The notes: a model not told the origin generated them from the sequence alone. Counted from the stretch's first letter, positions 50,726-61,104 are shown. The stretch: 64,000 nucleotides of DNA from Candidatus Babeliales bacterium (GCA_050179755.1 JBFXEV010000001.1:329994-393993); one strand, 5' to 3'. Program-made: numbers and translations.

Positions 50726-51628
50726 TCAAAAAGCAACCGCGAGAAAGTGCTCAAGCACGCTCACAAGCTCTTGTGCGCTCGTGTAGCTTGCGCATATAGT
50801 TTTTTTATTGCAGTCTAACAAACTCCGCCACGTGTGTTGCGCCTGTCTATCAAAATATTTTTCATCAAAAAGTCCTGCCTGATATGCATAGCTATCAAGT
50901 AAATCACAGGTACGATCGGCAGGATATAATGTAATAAGTTGTTTGAGTGTTTCATTATATGCAAACAAAGCGTGCCTTTCTTCAGCACTAAGTGTTACTG
51001 AAGAATCAGTCAATAACGATTGCATGCTATTCACTGATGGCGCGCATAAATTTCTAGAGAAGGCACATCCTAAATCAATACCAGTAAATAAATCAGTTTC
51101 TTGATCATAAAAATAGTTATTTCTTCCGCGATCATTATTCCCTACAAACGTATCTAAGGCCATAAGCGGAGGCAAACTTTTATTGCGCGACATATGATAT
51201 ATGCCCGCACGTGTTAATCCTCTGTGTTTTTCTTGTAAAAGGCATAATCCTTTATAAGGATTACCTCCCCATTGCTTAAAAGGAATTCCTGGAGCATGCG
51301 TATGCAATGCAGCTGGCACACCAGTATTTTTGCCAACGAAAGGCACTCCTGCTGGAATAAGACATATATCATCATGCATAACGCCCACCGCATGCGCAAT
51401 TTCAGTTGCAAGCACTTCACATATTGTTAATGTGCAACGCGGCCGCCACCTTGTGTGTGGGTATTCCTTTACTATATATTTATTACCTTGTTCATCTTGC
51501 AAAAAAACAACAAATGAATGAAGGCATTTCTGCCGCTTATATTCATGTGTAGTACGTAAAGAAGTATAATTACATGCTTGCAATGCCGTATACATGCTTA
51601 TAAATATCACGAGTATTTTTATCTTCAT
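50726..51628 (-). CDS. HipA/PI3-PI4-kinase-like protein with signal peptide
   Basis: YIVKEY, CEVLATEIA, LDTFVGNNDRGRNN, GIDLG. Confidence 0.68.
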   Translation of the reverse strand: MKIKILVIFISMYTALQACNYTSLRTTHEYKRQKCLHSFVVFLQDEQGNKYIVKEYPHTRWRPRCTLTICEVLATEIAHAVGVMHDDICLIPAGVPFVGKNTGVPAALHTHAPGIPFKQWGGNPYKGLCLLQEKHRGLTRAGIYHMSRNKSLPPLMALDTFVGNNDRGRNNYFYDQETDLFTGIDLGCAFSRNLCAPSVNSMQSLLTDSSVTLSAEERHALFAYNETLKQLITLYPADRTCDLLDSYAYQAGLFDEKYFDRQAQHTWRSLLDCNKKTICASYTSAQELVSVLEHFLAVAF

Positions 51629-52569
51629 ACAAAATACTTATCTATTTTAATCAAAAGATTCTCAATAAGTTCGAGCAATCTTTGGGCTTGCTCAAAACTT
51701 ATATGTATAATTTTTATACAATGACCTAAATAGCCCCGCCAACGCTCGCAAGCCCTTTCAGGGAAAAATGACACATCATAAATTCCTGATGCCACAGCAT
51801 ACTTATCAATCATGCTTTCTAAAGATGCGGGAGAAAAATGAATGAGCATATTTTTAAGGGTAGCTGCATACGCCCTAAGTCCATAACACTCTTGCATGGA
51901 GAGATTTATATAATCACCATCTAATAACTGATTTATAACTCTACACGAAGGTTGGCATAAATCTCTGCGAAATGCTGCACCCATATCTATTGCCATAAAG
52001 GAATCTGCTTGCTCATCGTAAAAAAGATTGCGGTTATTACGATCATTATTACCCGTCAAAGTATCAACTGCAACGAGCGCTGCTAAATCTTTATGCAATG
52101 CCATAGCGCTAATAATCTCACGCGTTAAGCCTTGATTATCTTTCTGGCAAAGCGATACGCCATGATATTTTGCGCCTTTATATTTATCAAACCGAATGCC
52201 GGGCGCATGCGTATGAATGGTTGCTGGCATAGCAATTTCTTTGCCAGCGCAGTAAACACCCGCGGGCACCAAATAGGCTGTATCAAATGGCACGCCAACT
52301 GTATGCGCTATATCAAGAGCCACGAGCTCGGTAATAGTTGTTGCAAGTAAGCTCGTGCATGTTGAGTATTTATACTGCTTAACTACATAAAGGCTTCCGT
52401 CATTATCTTCAAGAAAAGAAACAAAGCTATTAACGCATCTTTTTTTATCAACGGTAAGTATAGTTTGAGTAAATGATGCTATGTCAAAGTCATAAGCGTG
52501 CATGCTTAAAGTAACAACAAACACTATGTATAATGTGCTAAAAGCATTCATGAGGTACCTATTTATCAA
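51625..52569 (-). CDS. HipA/PI3-PI4-kinase-like protein with signal peptide
   Basis: YVVKQY, ELVALDIA, VDTLTGNNDRNNRN, AIDMG. Confidence 0.68.
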   Translation of the reverse strand: MINRYLMNAFSTLYIVFVVTLSMHAYDFDIASFTQTILTVDKKRCVNSFVSFLEDNDGSLYVVKQYKYSTCTSLLATTITELVALDIAHTVGVPFDTAYLVPAGVYCAGKEIAMPATIHTHAPGIRFDKYKGAKYHGVSLCQKDNQGLTREIISAMALHKDLAALVAVDTLTGNNDRNNRNLFYDEQADSFMAIDMGAAFRRDLCQPSCRVINQLLDGDYINLSMQECYGLRAYAATLKNMLIHFSPASLESMIDKYAVASGIYDVSFFPERACERWRGYLGHCIKIIHISFEQAQRLLELIENLLIKIDKYFV

Positions 52570-53464
52570 GTAATTGGGAGATTACATCAAGCAAGAGCAA
52601 TGCGCTCTCACCACTATTTTGTATATGTTGTTTGCAACGATGTAAAAAGCGTTTCCATTTTTTTTGCACTTTATTGCTAAAAAATCTAGTATCAAATAAC
52701 TGTGATTCTTGCGCATAGTCATCTAGTAGCTGATTTATCTTATGTGCTGGGAATAACGCTACTAATTTTTCTAGCGTTGCGTAATAATGCGCAAGAGCTT
52801 CTTTCTCATCTACAGTAAAATATATTTGATCATTTTGTAGCAATGCTTCTAGCGTATGCACGGAAGCTTTGCATAAATTACACGAAAATGCTCCTCCTAG
52901 ATCAATACCAATAAATGAGTTTGTCTCTACATTATAAAAATAATTATAGCTACCGCGATCTATATTACCCACAAACGTATCAAGTGCAACAAGCGCAGGC
53001 AAATTCTTATGGCACGCCATACTTTTGATAATTTCTCGCGTTAGGCCAACATTGGGGCTTTGATACAGCACTATATTTTTATAGACATTACCTTGATATT
53101 TATCATAGCGAACACCCTCTACAAACGTATGCACTGTTGCTGGCAATGAATTGAACTCTTTTGCCATAAACGGCACGCCCGATGGTATAAGGCACGCTTC
53201 ATTAAGTAAAACCCCTACTGCATGCCCTAAATCAAGCGCCACTAATTCACAAATGGTAGTTGCTGCCATTAGGCTAAACTCGCCATGTTTATATTGCTTT
53301 ACAATGTACTGATTCCCGTCTCTATCATAAATGCGAGTTGCATAACAATTATGGCTTTGAATGCGATAAAAAACTTCTGTATCAACTATGATATGCTTAT
53401 AATCTAGTGCATGTGTTGAATATATGAGTAATACGATGAACAACGTACTATATAATTTCTTCAT
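52559..53464 (-). CDS. HipA/PI3-PI4-kinase-like protein with signal peptide
   Basis: YIVKQY, CELVALDLG, LDTFVGNIDRGSYN, GIDLG. Confidence 0.68.
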   Translation of the reverse strand: MKKLYSTLFIVLLIYSTHALDYKHIIVDTEVFYRIQSHNCYATRIYDRDGNQYIVKQYKHGEFSLMAATTICELVALDLGHAVGVLLNEACLIPSGVPFMAKEFNSLPATVHTFVEGVRYDKYQGNVYKNIVLYQSPNVGLTREIIKSMACHKNLPALVALDTFVGNIDRGSYNYFYNVETNSFIGIDLGGAFSCNLCKASVHTLEALLQNDQIYFTVDEKEALAHYYATLEKLVALFPAHKINQLLDDYAQESQLFDTRFFSNKVQKKWKRFLHRCKQHIQNSGESALLLLDVISQLLDK

Positions 53465-53715
53465 AAGCTCTCATGTGCTTTGATATCATAAAAATATTAT
53501 TCGCTACTACTACAACAGGAAAAGTAACTGGCAATGCGGCAAGCGCCCGCTTGAATGTAGCTTATATCGCATGATCTTACTCCTTAAAAGTTTTTTTAAT
53601 GAATAAGAAAGTTACATAACTCTAGATATACTACAATTGACAGTACAAATTCAAGAAAAAACTGTTGCACCACGTATTGCATATTGTTACGCTAGGCAAG
53701 AAAGGAAATACTATT

Positions 53716-54747
53716 ATGATCTTTCGCCTAGCCCACAAGATTTTTCCACAATTTTCCCTCTTTTTTTTCTTTTTTTGTATATGCGTAGATGTATGTTACA
53801 ACGCCCAGTGTACTTCTATTGTATCATTTCCCTTAGTTCAATTTGACAATGCCATGATCTGCCACCCCATTGATAGTAATGAGTATCAAAAATCATGCAA
53901 CCGCACACCTGAAGATAAAAAACTTTTTGATTTTGCACATCAAAATTACCAAACATATTTCTTAGAAGCGCAAGGATATACTCAAGCAGTGCGCATACCA
54001 AAAATTATCCATCAGATTTGGGTGGGGCCACATCAACCGCCACCTCAATTTAAAAAATGGCAACAAACGTGGATTGCCCTGCACCCTGATTGGGAATATA
54101 AATTGTGGACCGATACAGAAGTTGAAAATCTCACCCTCATAAACAAGCAATATTATGATGAAGAGCAAAATTATGGTGCAAAGTCTGATATCTTACGCCT
54201 TGAATTACTACATGAATTTGGAGGATTATATGTAGATATTGATTGTGAATGCTTATGCTCGTTTGATATGCTTCATCATCTTTGTGATTTTTATATTGGT
54301 TTTTTTCAAGTTAATTTTTTACGTTCTTCAGCACGCGTAAATAATGCGCTCATGGCAGCATGTCCACACCATCCACTTATAACAATCCTACTACACAAAC
54401 TTGCCTTGAATCAGCAAAAACAAAGCTCCGCAGAAATTATTGAACGAACAGGCCCCAGCTTTATCACGCAAGCACTCAAAGAACATGTTTATTCTGCTGA
54501 AGGAATCAATCTATTATTACCAGCAAATTTCTTTTATCCATTTACCGGAATAAGTCAAAAATTGAAATTGATTATGCATCCTGAGACTATGGCAATACAT
54601 TATTATGCAGGCACTTGGCACAACAAGAAAAAAAGAACGCATACCCCCCTCAATAAGCAATCTACCTCCTATAAAGCATTGCAAAGAGAACGCGAAATAA
54701 AAAAAACTGTGTTGTTAGCAAACTATAATACTGTCATTTCTCAATAA
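53716..54747 (+). CDS. GT32-type glycosyltransferase
   Basis: IPKIIHQIWVG, KSDILRLELLHEFGGLYVDID, RTGP; start moved to the ATG after AAAGGA. Confidence 0.88.
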   Translation: MIFRLAHKIFPQFSLFFFFFCICVDVCYNAQCTSIVSFPLVQFDNAMICHPIDSNEYQKSCNRTPEDKKLFDFAHQNYQTYFLEAQGYTQAVRIPKIIHQIWVGPHQPPPQFKKWQQTWIALHPDWEYKLWTDTEVENLTLINKQYYDEEQNYGAKSDILRLELLHEFGGLYVDIDCECLCSFDMLHHLCDFYIGFFQVNFLRSSARVNNALMAACPHHPLITILLHKLALNQQKQSSAEIIERTGPSFITQALKEHVYSAEGINLLLPANFFYPFTGISQKLKLIMHPETMAIHYYAGTWHNKKKRTHTPLNKQSTSYKALQREREIKKTVLLANYNTVISQ

Positions 54748-54823
54748 CTCTTGCAAAGCAACAACCACTTATGCTATTAATGGTACTATAGACACTCTAT
54801 TGCAGCATAAATGGAGCGAGTAC

Positions 54824-56470
54824 ATGCTACGTTGGTTAATCAATTTTCGCGCGCTTTTTCTCCTTCTTTCTCTTGGAATTAAATCATTGGCACATGCCCA
54901 TGATACTAATGATGAGCGACCTTTAGTCATATCTATATGTGCCTATAATTGTTCATCATGGGTACTACAAAACCTAGATTCTATCTTTAGTCAAAATTAT
55001 AAAAACTTTCGAGTGATTTATATAGATGATGGCTCTTTAGATACCACCGTAGAACAAGTTGAAAAATATAGAGACGAACACGCACTTAGTGATAAAATTA
55101 CACTGATTGCCAATCCAGTACGAGTAGGTAAACTCAAAAACATATATCACGCATTTCATACATGCAAAGATACAGAAATCATTGTACAGGTTGATGGCGA
55201 CGATTGGTTACCTACTACACATATTTTTGAACGAATTAATCAAGCATATCAAGAACAAGACGTTTGGCTAACTTATAGCGATTTCTATGTGCATCCAGAA
55301 GGCACCAAAGAATGGTGCGTTCCCCAACCAGTTCCTGATCATATTAAACAAAAAAGAGCATATCGTAATTGGAAGTGGGTGTTCACTCATTTACGCACAT
55401 TCTATGCTTGGCTTTATAAAAGCGTAAAATTAGAAGATTTTATAACCGAACTTTCTCCTGGTTTTGAAGGAAAGTTTTTCCCCATTTGCAATGACATGGC
55501 AGCCTTCTTTCCCATGCTAGAAATGTGCGGGCCTCACTTTAGCTTTATACCGGAAAAGCTTTACGTCTATAATCGTGACAACCCAATCTTAGGGGCTAAG
55601 CTCTATGGACATCTTTATAAACCAATCGGTGAAGATGTACGCAAACGAGAAAAATATCCGTTAGTTGAAAAACCCAAATTTAACCATCTTGCATCACTTG
55701 CTCAAGCGCAAGCGCATCTGATTATTCTTTCAAATGGCATTTTAAAAGATCTCTCACGCATAATCAGTTCTCTCAACCGCAATGCTTCTGACATTAAGCG
55801 CGTTACGGTAGTATTAGATAAAAAAACGGCTGAACTGCAAACATTTGCAAAAAAACATGCCTCTACTCACTTTGTCTATCTCACTCAACAATCATGCAAT
55901 GAGGCGCTTTCAAGTATAGTTCAAAAAAGCTCAGAATCACACGTTATTATTGCAAAAGATGCCATTTTTATAGAGCAACCTATTGATATACGTGCCTGCA
56001 TTAATGAACTTGAAACCACGCAAGCACACGCATTTTATTTAGGATTTATGCATACCAATATGCCTTTTTATAACCCTGAAACAAAGCGGGAAATAGTGCC
56101 TCATCAGCATATCTGGAACAACGTATATGCATGGAAATTTAGAATAGGCTATGATCGATTATGCAACAACCTTGATATGACACTATTTACCAAGAACACC
56201 TTTATCAAGAGATTGCAATCTTTGCCTGAGGCGCAAACAGTGTGCTCATTTATAGATGCCTGGCAACAGTGCAATGCTACAAACCAACATGAAGTTGGCT
56301 TATTTTATGATAATGCAAAACTAGGCGGGAATCTCAGCTTACATACTCATGCAAATTACACAGCTTGCCTTCCAATCGTACCTACCCACATAAGCATGAA
56401 AGAGTATGTGATGAGCTTACTGCAAATTAATGCGCAACTATTCAATAAAGAGTATAATGCACGTTATTAA
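54824..56470 (+). CDS. Two-domain GT2 glycosyltransferase
   Basis: CAYN, YIDDGS, VDGDDWL, RTFYAWL, PMLEMCG; start after GGAG. Confidence 0.88.
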   Translation: MLRWLINFRALFLLLSLGIKSLAHAHDTNDERPLVISICAYNCSSWVLQNLDSIFSQNYKNFRVIYIDDGSLDTTVEQVEKYRDEHALSDKITLIANPVRVGKLKNIYHAFHTCKDTEIIVQVDGDDWLPTTHIFERINQAYQEQDVWLTYSDFYVHPEGTKEWCVPQPVPDHIKQKRAYRNWKWVFTHLRTFYAWLYKSVKLEDFITELSPGFEGKFFPICNDMAAFFPMLEMCGPHFSFIPEKLYVYNRDNPILGAKLYGHLYKPIGEDVRKREKYPLVEKPKFNHLASLAQAQAHLIILSNGILKDLSRIISSLNRNASDIKRVTVVLDKKTAELQTFAKKHASTHFVYLTQQSCNEALSSIVQKSSESHVIIAKDAIFIEQPIDIRACINELETTQAHAFYLGFMHTNMPFYNPETKREIVPHQHIWNNVYAWKFRIGYDRLCNNLDMTLFTKNTFIKRLQSLPEAQTVCSFIDAWQQCNATNQHEVGLFYDNAKLGGNLSLHTHANYTACLPIVPTHISMKEYVMSLLQINAQLFNKEYNARY

Positions 56471-56489
56471 AAACACATAAAGGAAAATC

Positions 56490-57422
56490 ATGAATATTTT
56501 TTTTCAAAAACTACTAACGTGTCTTTTCTTACTCAGTATGCCAAGCATACAAGCACAGCTATTTCCAGATTATTTTGTGGATTTTGATACAGCGATGCTG
56601 TGCAACCCAGACGATGCTCTCTCTTATCAAACAGCGATTGAAGCAGATGCCAAAAACAACAACTTTTTTAGCTATGCACGTGCGCAATATACAAAATACA
56701 TAATCGAACAACCAGACTATTGCCAAGAACCACGCATTCCAAAAAAAATTCACCAAATTTGGGTAGGTCCTAACACGCCACCAGTCCATTTTAAAACATG
56801 GCAGGAGTCTCTCTTAAAACTACACCCAGATTGGGAATATAAACTCTGGACCGATGAAGACGTTAAGCATTTAACAATGATTAATCAACGTCATTACGAT
56901 GCAGAAACCAATTATGGCGCAAAAGCTGATATATTACGCCTTGAACTTCTTAATCAATTTGGTGGCGTTTATGTGGACATTGATTTTAAATGCATTAAGC
57001 CATTTGATCCATTGCATCATCTTTGTGACTTTTATATAGGTTTTTTCCAAGCAATTTTTATGCGTGGAAGAGCGCGCATTAATAATGGCATCTTTGCAGC
57101 AACGCAAGGTCACCCACTCATTAAAATTCTTATTGAAGAAATTGGCAAAAATAGAGATCAATACCCTGATTTGACAAGTTGGAGCGGCATATTAGCACGC
57201 AATGGCCCTGATTTTGTAACAAGGATTATTCACACCTATCTACCGCAACTTGAAGGCATTAATATTATATTTCCTTCAAACTATTTTTACCCATGGTCTG
57301 GCGCACCAAAAAACCTGCAATTGCACGTGCAACCAGAAACAATTGCCATACATTATTTTGCAAGCTCATGGGATCCTAAGGTGCATGACTTACCGCATCT
57401 GCAACAACTAAAGCAACGTTAA
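56490..57422 (+). CDS. GT32-type glycosyltransferase
   Basis: IPKKIHQIWVG, KADILRLELLNQFGGVYVDID. Confidence 0.9.
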   Translation: MNIFFQKLLTCLFLLSMPSIQAQLFPDYFVDFDTAMLCNPDDALSYQTAIEADAKNNNFFSYARAQYTKYIIEQPDYCQEPRIPKKIHQIWVGPNTPPVHFKTWQESLLKLHPDWEYKLWTDEDVKHLTMINQRHYDAETNYGAKADILRLELLNQFGGVYVDIDFKCIKPFDPLHHLCDFYIGFFQAIFMRGRARINNGIFAATQGHPLIKILIEEIGKNRDQYPDLTSWSGILARNGPDFVTRIIHTYLPQLEGINIIFPSNYFYPWSGAPKNLQLHVQPETIAIHYFASSWDPKVHDLPHLQQLKQR

Positions 57423-57440
57423 TAACTTTGCTTGGAGTCA

Positions 57441-59078
57441 ATGAAGAACATATTTGTCACCCTATACGCTCTAGGTTTTCTTGCCTGTTGGGCGGCACCA
57501 TGCCTTCCAAGCACTACGGAACTTCCTTTCATAATTTCAGTCTGCGCTTATAATGCAAGCGCTTGGGTTGAGAAAAATTTAGAATCTCTCTGCACGCAAG
57601 AGTACAGCAACTTCCATATAGTCTACATTGATGATGGTTCTGAAGATGACACGGCACAAAAAGTTGAAAACTATAGAACACAACATAATGTACAAGATAA
57701 AATTACGCTCATAAGAAACCAAACGCGCCAACGCAAAATGAAAAATATTTATACGTTATTTCATAATTGCCCAGATGAATCTATTATCATACAAGTTGAT
57801 GCCGATGATTGGCTAGCGCATAACAAAGTTTTTTGCATTATTAATAAAACATACCAGGAGCAAGATGTATGGCTCACGTATGGCCAATTTCAAGTGCATC
57901 CAAGTAAGCAAATGGGCTATTGCAGACAAGTACCAAGTGAAATACAAAAAAATCGTGACTATCGCAAGTATAGATTTGTATACACGCATATTCGCACATT
58001 TTACGCTTGGCTCGTTAAATTAATTAAACTACAAGACCTCATAGCAGAAAATATGCCTGCTCCCTATACTGGCCGTTTCTTCCCCGTGGCAAATGATAAC
58101 GCTATTTATTTTCCTATGCTTGAAATGTGTGGCAATCGATATGCCTTTATTCCCGATATTTTATATATCCATAATCATGAGAACCCCCAATATGGTCGCA
58201 TTCTTGAGCCCGATCTTTATCATACTGCTCGTGCTGATATAAGATCCCGCCGCAAATATGAAGTACTTAAAAACAAAACTCTTAATCGCTTGGAAGCTTT
58301 TAAAGACGCCAGAGCAACCGCCATTCTTCTTTCAAACGATAATCCCACTGGTCTGCAAACACTCATAGAATCTATCATTGCCCACACTTCAGGAATAAAA
58401 GATATTGTGGGGATCTACCACGCTTCAAATGACACTATTAACACTCACTACCATAAGGTGATCGCACAGCATCCCTCTATCAAGTGTATGCCCGTTGCCA
58501 CAGATTCCGCACTTGCTGCCTTAAAATCGTGCATAAACAAAAGCACATCTGGTCATATACTCCTTGCACAAGATATCGTGTATATAAAAAAACCCATTTC
58601 ATTCAGTGCCTGCATATACGAGCTTGAACGCACGGGAGCTTATGGGTTTTATTTAAATTATGCGCAGAACAAAATGCCTTTTTATTTTCCACAAAGCAAA
58701 AAGGAACATATTGCGTCTCAAATACTTAATAACGAACTATCTGCTTGGAAATTTAATTGCGGTACGTTTGCGCTCTATAATAATATTGATATGACATTAT
58801 TACGAAAACATGATCTTCTTACAAGACTTGATACTCTTGAACCAAAAGCAACATTTTCACTCGATGCATTTCTTGGTGCGTGGCATACCAATAAAGCAAT
58901 TGATGGCCACATGATAGGCCTTTATTACCAAGATGCCCACCTTGATGGTGGGCGTACAAGAATAGTAACACCTGCTATAGAAAAACCACTGCTCAGTTTT
59001 AACTTGGAAAATTACTATAAACAACAATCATGGTTGCCAAATGATTTATCCAAGGAATTGATGCACTTTCTCAAGTAA
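57441..59078 (+). CDS. Two-domain GT2 glycosyltransferase
   Basis: CAYN, YIDDGS, VDADDWL, RTFYAWL, LERTGAYGFY. Confidence 0.88.
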   Translation: MKNIFVTLYALGFLACWAAPCLPSTTELPFIISVCAYNASAWVEKNLESLCTQEYSNFHIVYIDDGSEDDTAQKVENYRTQHNVQDKITLIRNQTRQRKMKNIYTLFHNCPDESIIIQVDADDWLAHNKVFCIINKTYQEQDVWLTYGQFQVHPSKQMGYCRQVPSEIQKNRDYRKYRFVYTHIRTFYAWLVKLIKLQDLIAENMPAPYTGRFFPVANDNAIYFPMLEMCGNRYAFIPDILYIHNHENPQYGRILEPDLYHTARADIRSRRKYEVLKNKTLNRLEAFKDARATAILLSNDNPTGLQTLIESIIAHTSGIKDIVGIYHASNDTINTHYHKVIAQHPSIKCMPVATDSALAALKSCINKSTSGHILLAQDIVYIKKPISFSACIYELERTGAYGFYLNYAQNKMPFYFPQSKKEHIASQILNNELSAWKFNCGTFALYNNIDMTLLRKHDLLTRLDTLEPKATFSLDAFLGAWHTNKAIDGHMIGLYYQDAHLDGGRTRIVTPAIEKPLLSFNLENYYKQQSWLPNDLSKELMHFLK

Positions 59079-59459
59079 TGTACGTGCATTACCATATGTC
59101 AAATGTTTAATGGCCTCGTGATATGGCAACCATTTATAACCCTGATGCTCATGGGAGAGAGTTACCACCTTGGAAAGCGTTTGCCCCAAGAAAAAGGTGA
59201 CTGTTTTATGCACGCGCTCATGCGATGTTCTATCAGTTAACCAATAGGCAAAAGATTCTTCAAACCCCGGCACCAATTGTGCTTTAAGGCCAGATTCTTC
59301 AAAAAGTTCTCGATGAGCTGCTTGCTCTTTTGTTTCGCCTTCTTCTAAATGTCCTTTGGCAAAATCCCAATGACCTGCCGCATAATGAAGCACCAAGTAT
59401 TCAATTTGATCATCATCTTTATAAAAAACTACTATGCCTGCTGAATGTTCGTACTTCAT
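59046..59459 (-). CDS. Nudix hydrolase, asymmetric Ap4A hydrolase-like
   Basis: HWDFAKGHLEEGETKEQAAHRELFEESG Nudix box, LSHEH..YKWL. Confidence 0.88.
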   Translation of the reverse strand: MKYEHSAGIVVFYKDDDQIEYLVLHYAAGHWDFAKGHLEEGETKEQAAHRELFEESGLKAQLVPGFEESFAYWLTDRTSHERVHKTVTFFLGQTLSKVVTLSHEHQGYKWLPYHEAIKHLTYGNARTLLEKVHQFLG

Positions 59460-59460
59460 T

Positions 59461-61104
59461 CTACTCCAAAAAGTAAGCGTCTATGCCAAATTGTTTGCGC
59501 GTCATAAATAGAGCATAAAACATAAGCCCCATTAAAGGAATACTCCAAGCCCAAAATATAATGGTCTCACTCAAAAGATGCGGCAAAGAGCCCGGTAACT
59601 GAGCAATAATACAGTGCACCGCAAAAAACAGTGCTAAAAAACCACACAGCGCTGCAATTACTTGCAACGTGTACCTTAACGCAAAATGTAAAAATCCTTT
59701 ACCATCAATTGAAACATGAAACCTTGTTGCAAGCACCCAGGCAAATAACAGCGTTTGTATAGCACCGCTCAAACTTGTGGCAAAGGCAATACCATAAGCG
59801 CCATATATCGGCATAAAAATATAATAACTCGTTATAAAGTTAATGATTCCTGCTGCTACTGTTATATAGAGCGGTATCTTTGTTTCATGGAGCGCATAAT
59901 AAAGATTGAGAAGTATCTTATTAAGTGAAAAGAAGAATAACCCATAGAGAAAGGCCCGCAAAATTTCAGAAGCTTGTAACGCATATGCCATAGTAAATTT
60001 ACGCGATAAAAACATAGTAATAAAAATTTTATCACTAAAAAAGCACATTAAAATTGTTGCAGGAAGCGTCACCCACAACACTAGCTTGGCAGCCTCGCTG
60101 GCATAAAAACTCAGTTTTTGAGGTTCTTGTTTGCCAATGCTTGCAAAATAGGGAAGCAATACGGTTGAGAGCGCCACGGCAAACACGCCCAAGGGAATAC
60201 CCATAAAACGATTGGCATAATAAATAAGCGTTACTGAACCTTCAGATAAAAATGATGCCAAGCTGCTATCAACAAAGAAAAATATCTCCATGATGCTCAT
60301 GCTTAAAAAACACGGCAAAAATTTTTGAAGAACGTGTCTAAAGTTTTGCCACGCTTCCTTATTAAGAGGCCCAAAACCAAACTGAAGCTTATAATAGACA
60401 ACTAAATGAAGCAAGAATTGTAAAAAACCACCAAAAATTAAAAAATAACATAAAATGTCGGGCGACAACCCAAAGTAGCCACAAATAAGTAACGCACCAA
60501 TAAATACTATGTTCAAAAGCACAGGAGCAAATGCTGGCACAAAAAAGTGCCCCACCGCTTGCAAAGCACTGGCAAGCAATGCACTTGATGATAAAAATAA
60601 AATAAAAGAAGTTAAAATTCTTAAATAGGTAATGGCATAAGCTACAGGAGGCGCTGCAATCGCCGGCCCAAAAAATGTAGCATAGATGCTATCAAAACAT
60701 CCAATACCACACAATGGCGCTTGCTCAACTGGGGTATACCAACCCGGCACAATAAGTCTGATTACCCATGCTGCTTTCCAAAACATAAATAGGCATAATA
60801 AAAGAAGTCCACCTTCGATTATCAAAAAAGATAAACTCATGAGCGAGTTTGTTTCTTGCCGCTTTCCTTGTTTTTCAAGCTCTACAAAAGTAGGAATAAA
60901 CGATGCACTCAGTGCACCTTCAGCAAACATTTTACGAAGCGAGTTGGGAATTTTGAATGCCGTAAAAAAAGCATCTGAAATGGCACCAGGTTCGCCAAAG
61001 TAACGCGCCATCACCACTTCACGCAGCATGCCAAGGATTCGGCTTATGAAAGTTGATCCACTTACTTGAATCATTTTTTTGCGCATTGATTGTTTACTAA
61101 ACAT
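59461..61104 (-). CDS. murJ: Lipid II flippase MurJ (MviN)
   Basis: SRILGMLRE, DAFFTAFKIPNSLRKMFAEGALSASFIP, YYANRFMGIPLGVF; many TM helices. Confidence 0.93.
   Translation of the reverse strand: MFSKQSMRKKMIQVSGSTFISRILGMLREVVMARYFGEPGAISDAFFTAFKIPNSLRKMFAEGALSASFIPTFVELEKQGKRQETNSLMSLSFLIIEGGLLLLCLFMFWKAAWVIRLIVPGWYTPVEQAPLCGIGCFDSIYATFFGPAIAAPPVAYAITYLRILTSFILFLSSSALLASALQAVGHFFVPAFAPVLLNIVFIGALLICGYFGLSPDILCYFLIFGGFLQFLLHLVVYYKLQFGFGPLNKEAWQNFRHVLQKFLPCFLSMSIMEIFFFVDSSLASFLSEGSVTLIYYANRFMGIPLGVFAVALSTVLLPYFASIGKQEPQKLSFYASEAAKLVLWVTLPATILMCFFSDKIFITMFLSRKFTMAYALQASEILRAFLYGLFFFSLNKILLNLYYALHETKIPLYITVAAGIINFITSYYIFMPIYGAYGIAFATSLSGAIQTLLFAWVLATRFHVSIDGKGFLHFALRYTLQVIAALCGFLALFFAVHCIIAQLPGSLPHLLSETIIFWAWSIPLMGLMFYALFMTRKQFGIDAYFLE

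Noticed and set aside
59046..59078. 33-bp convergent overlap of GT2 and Nudix 3' ends
   Set aside because: Short tail-to-tail overlaps are common in compact genomes; it only marks the locus boundary
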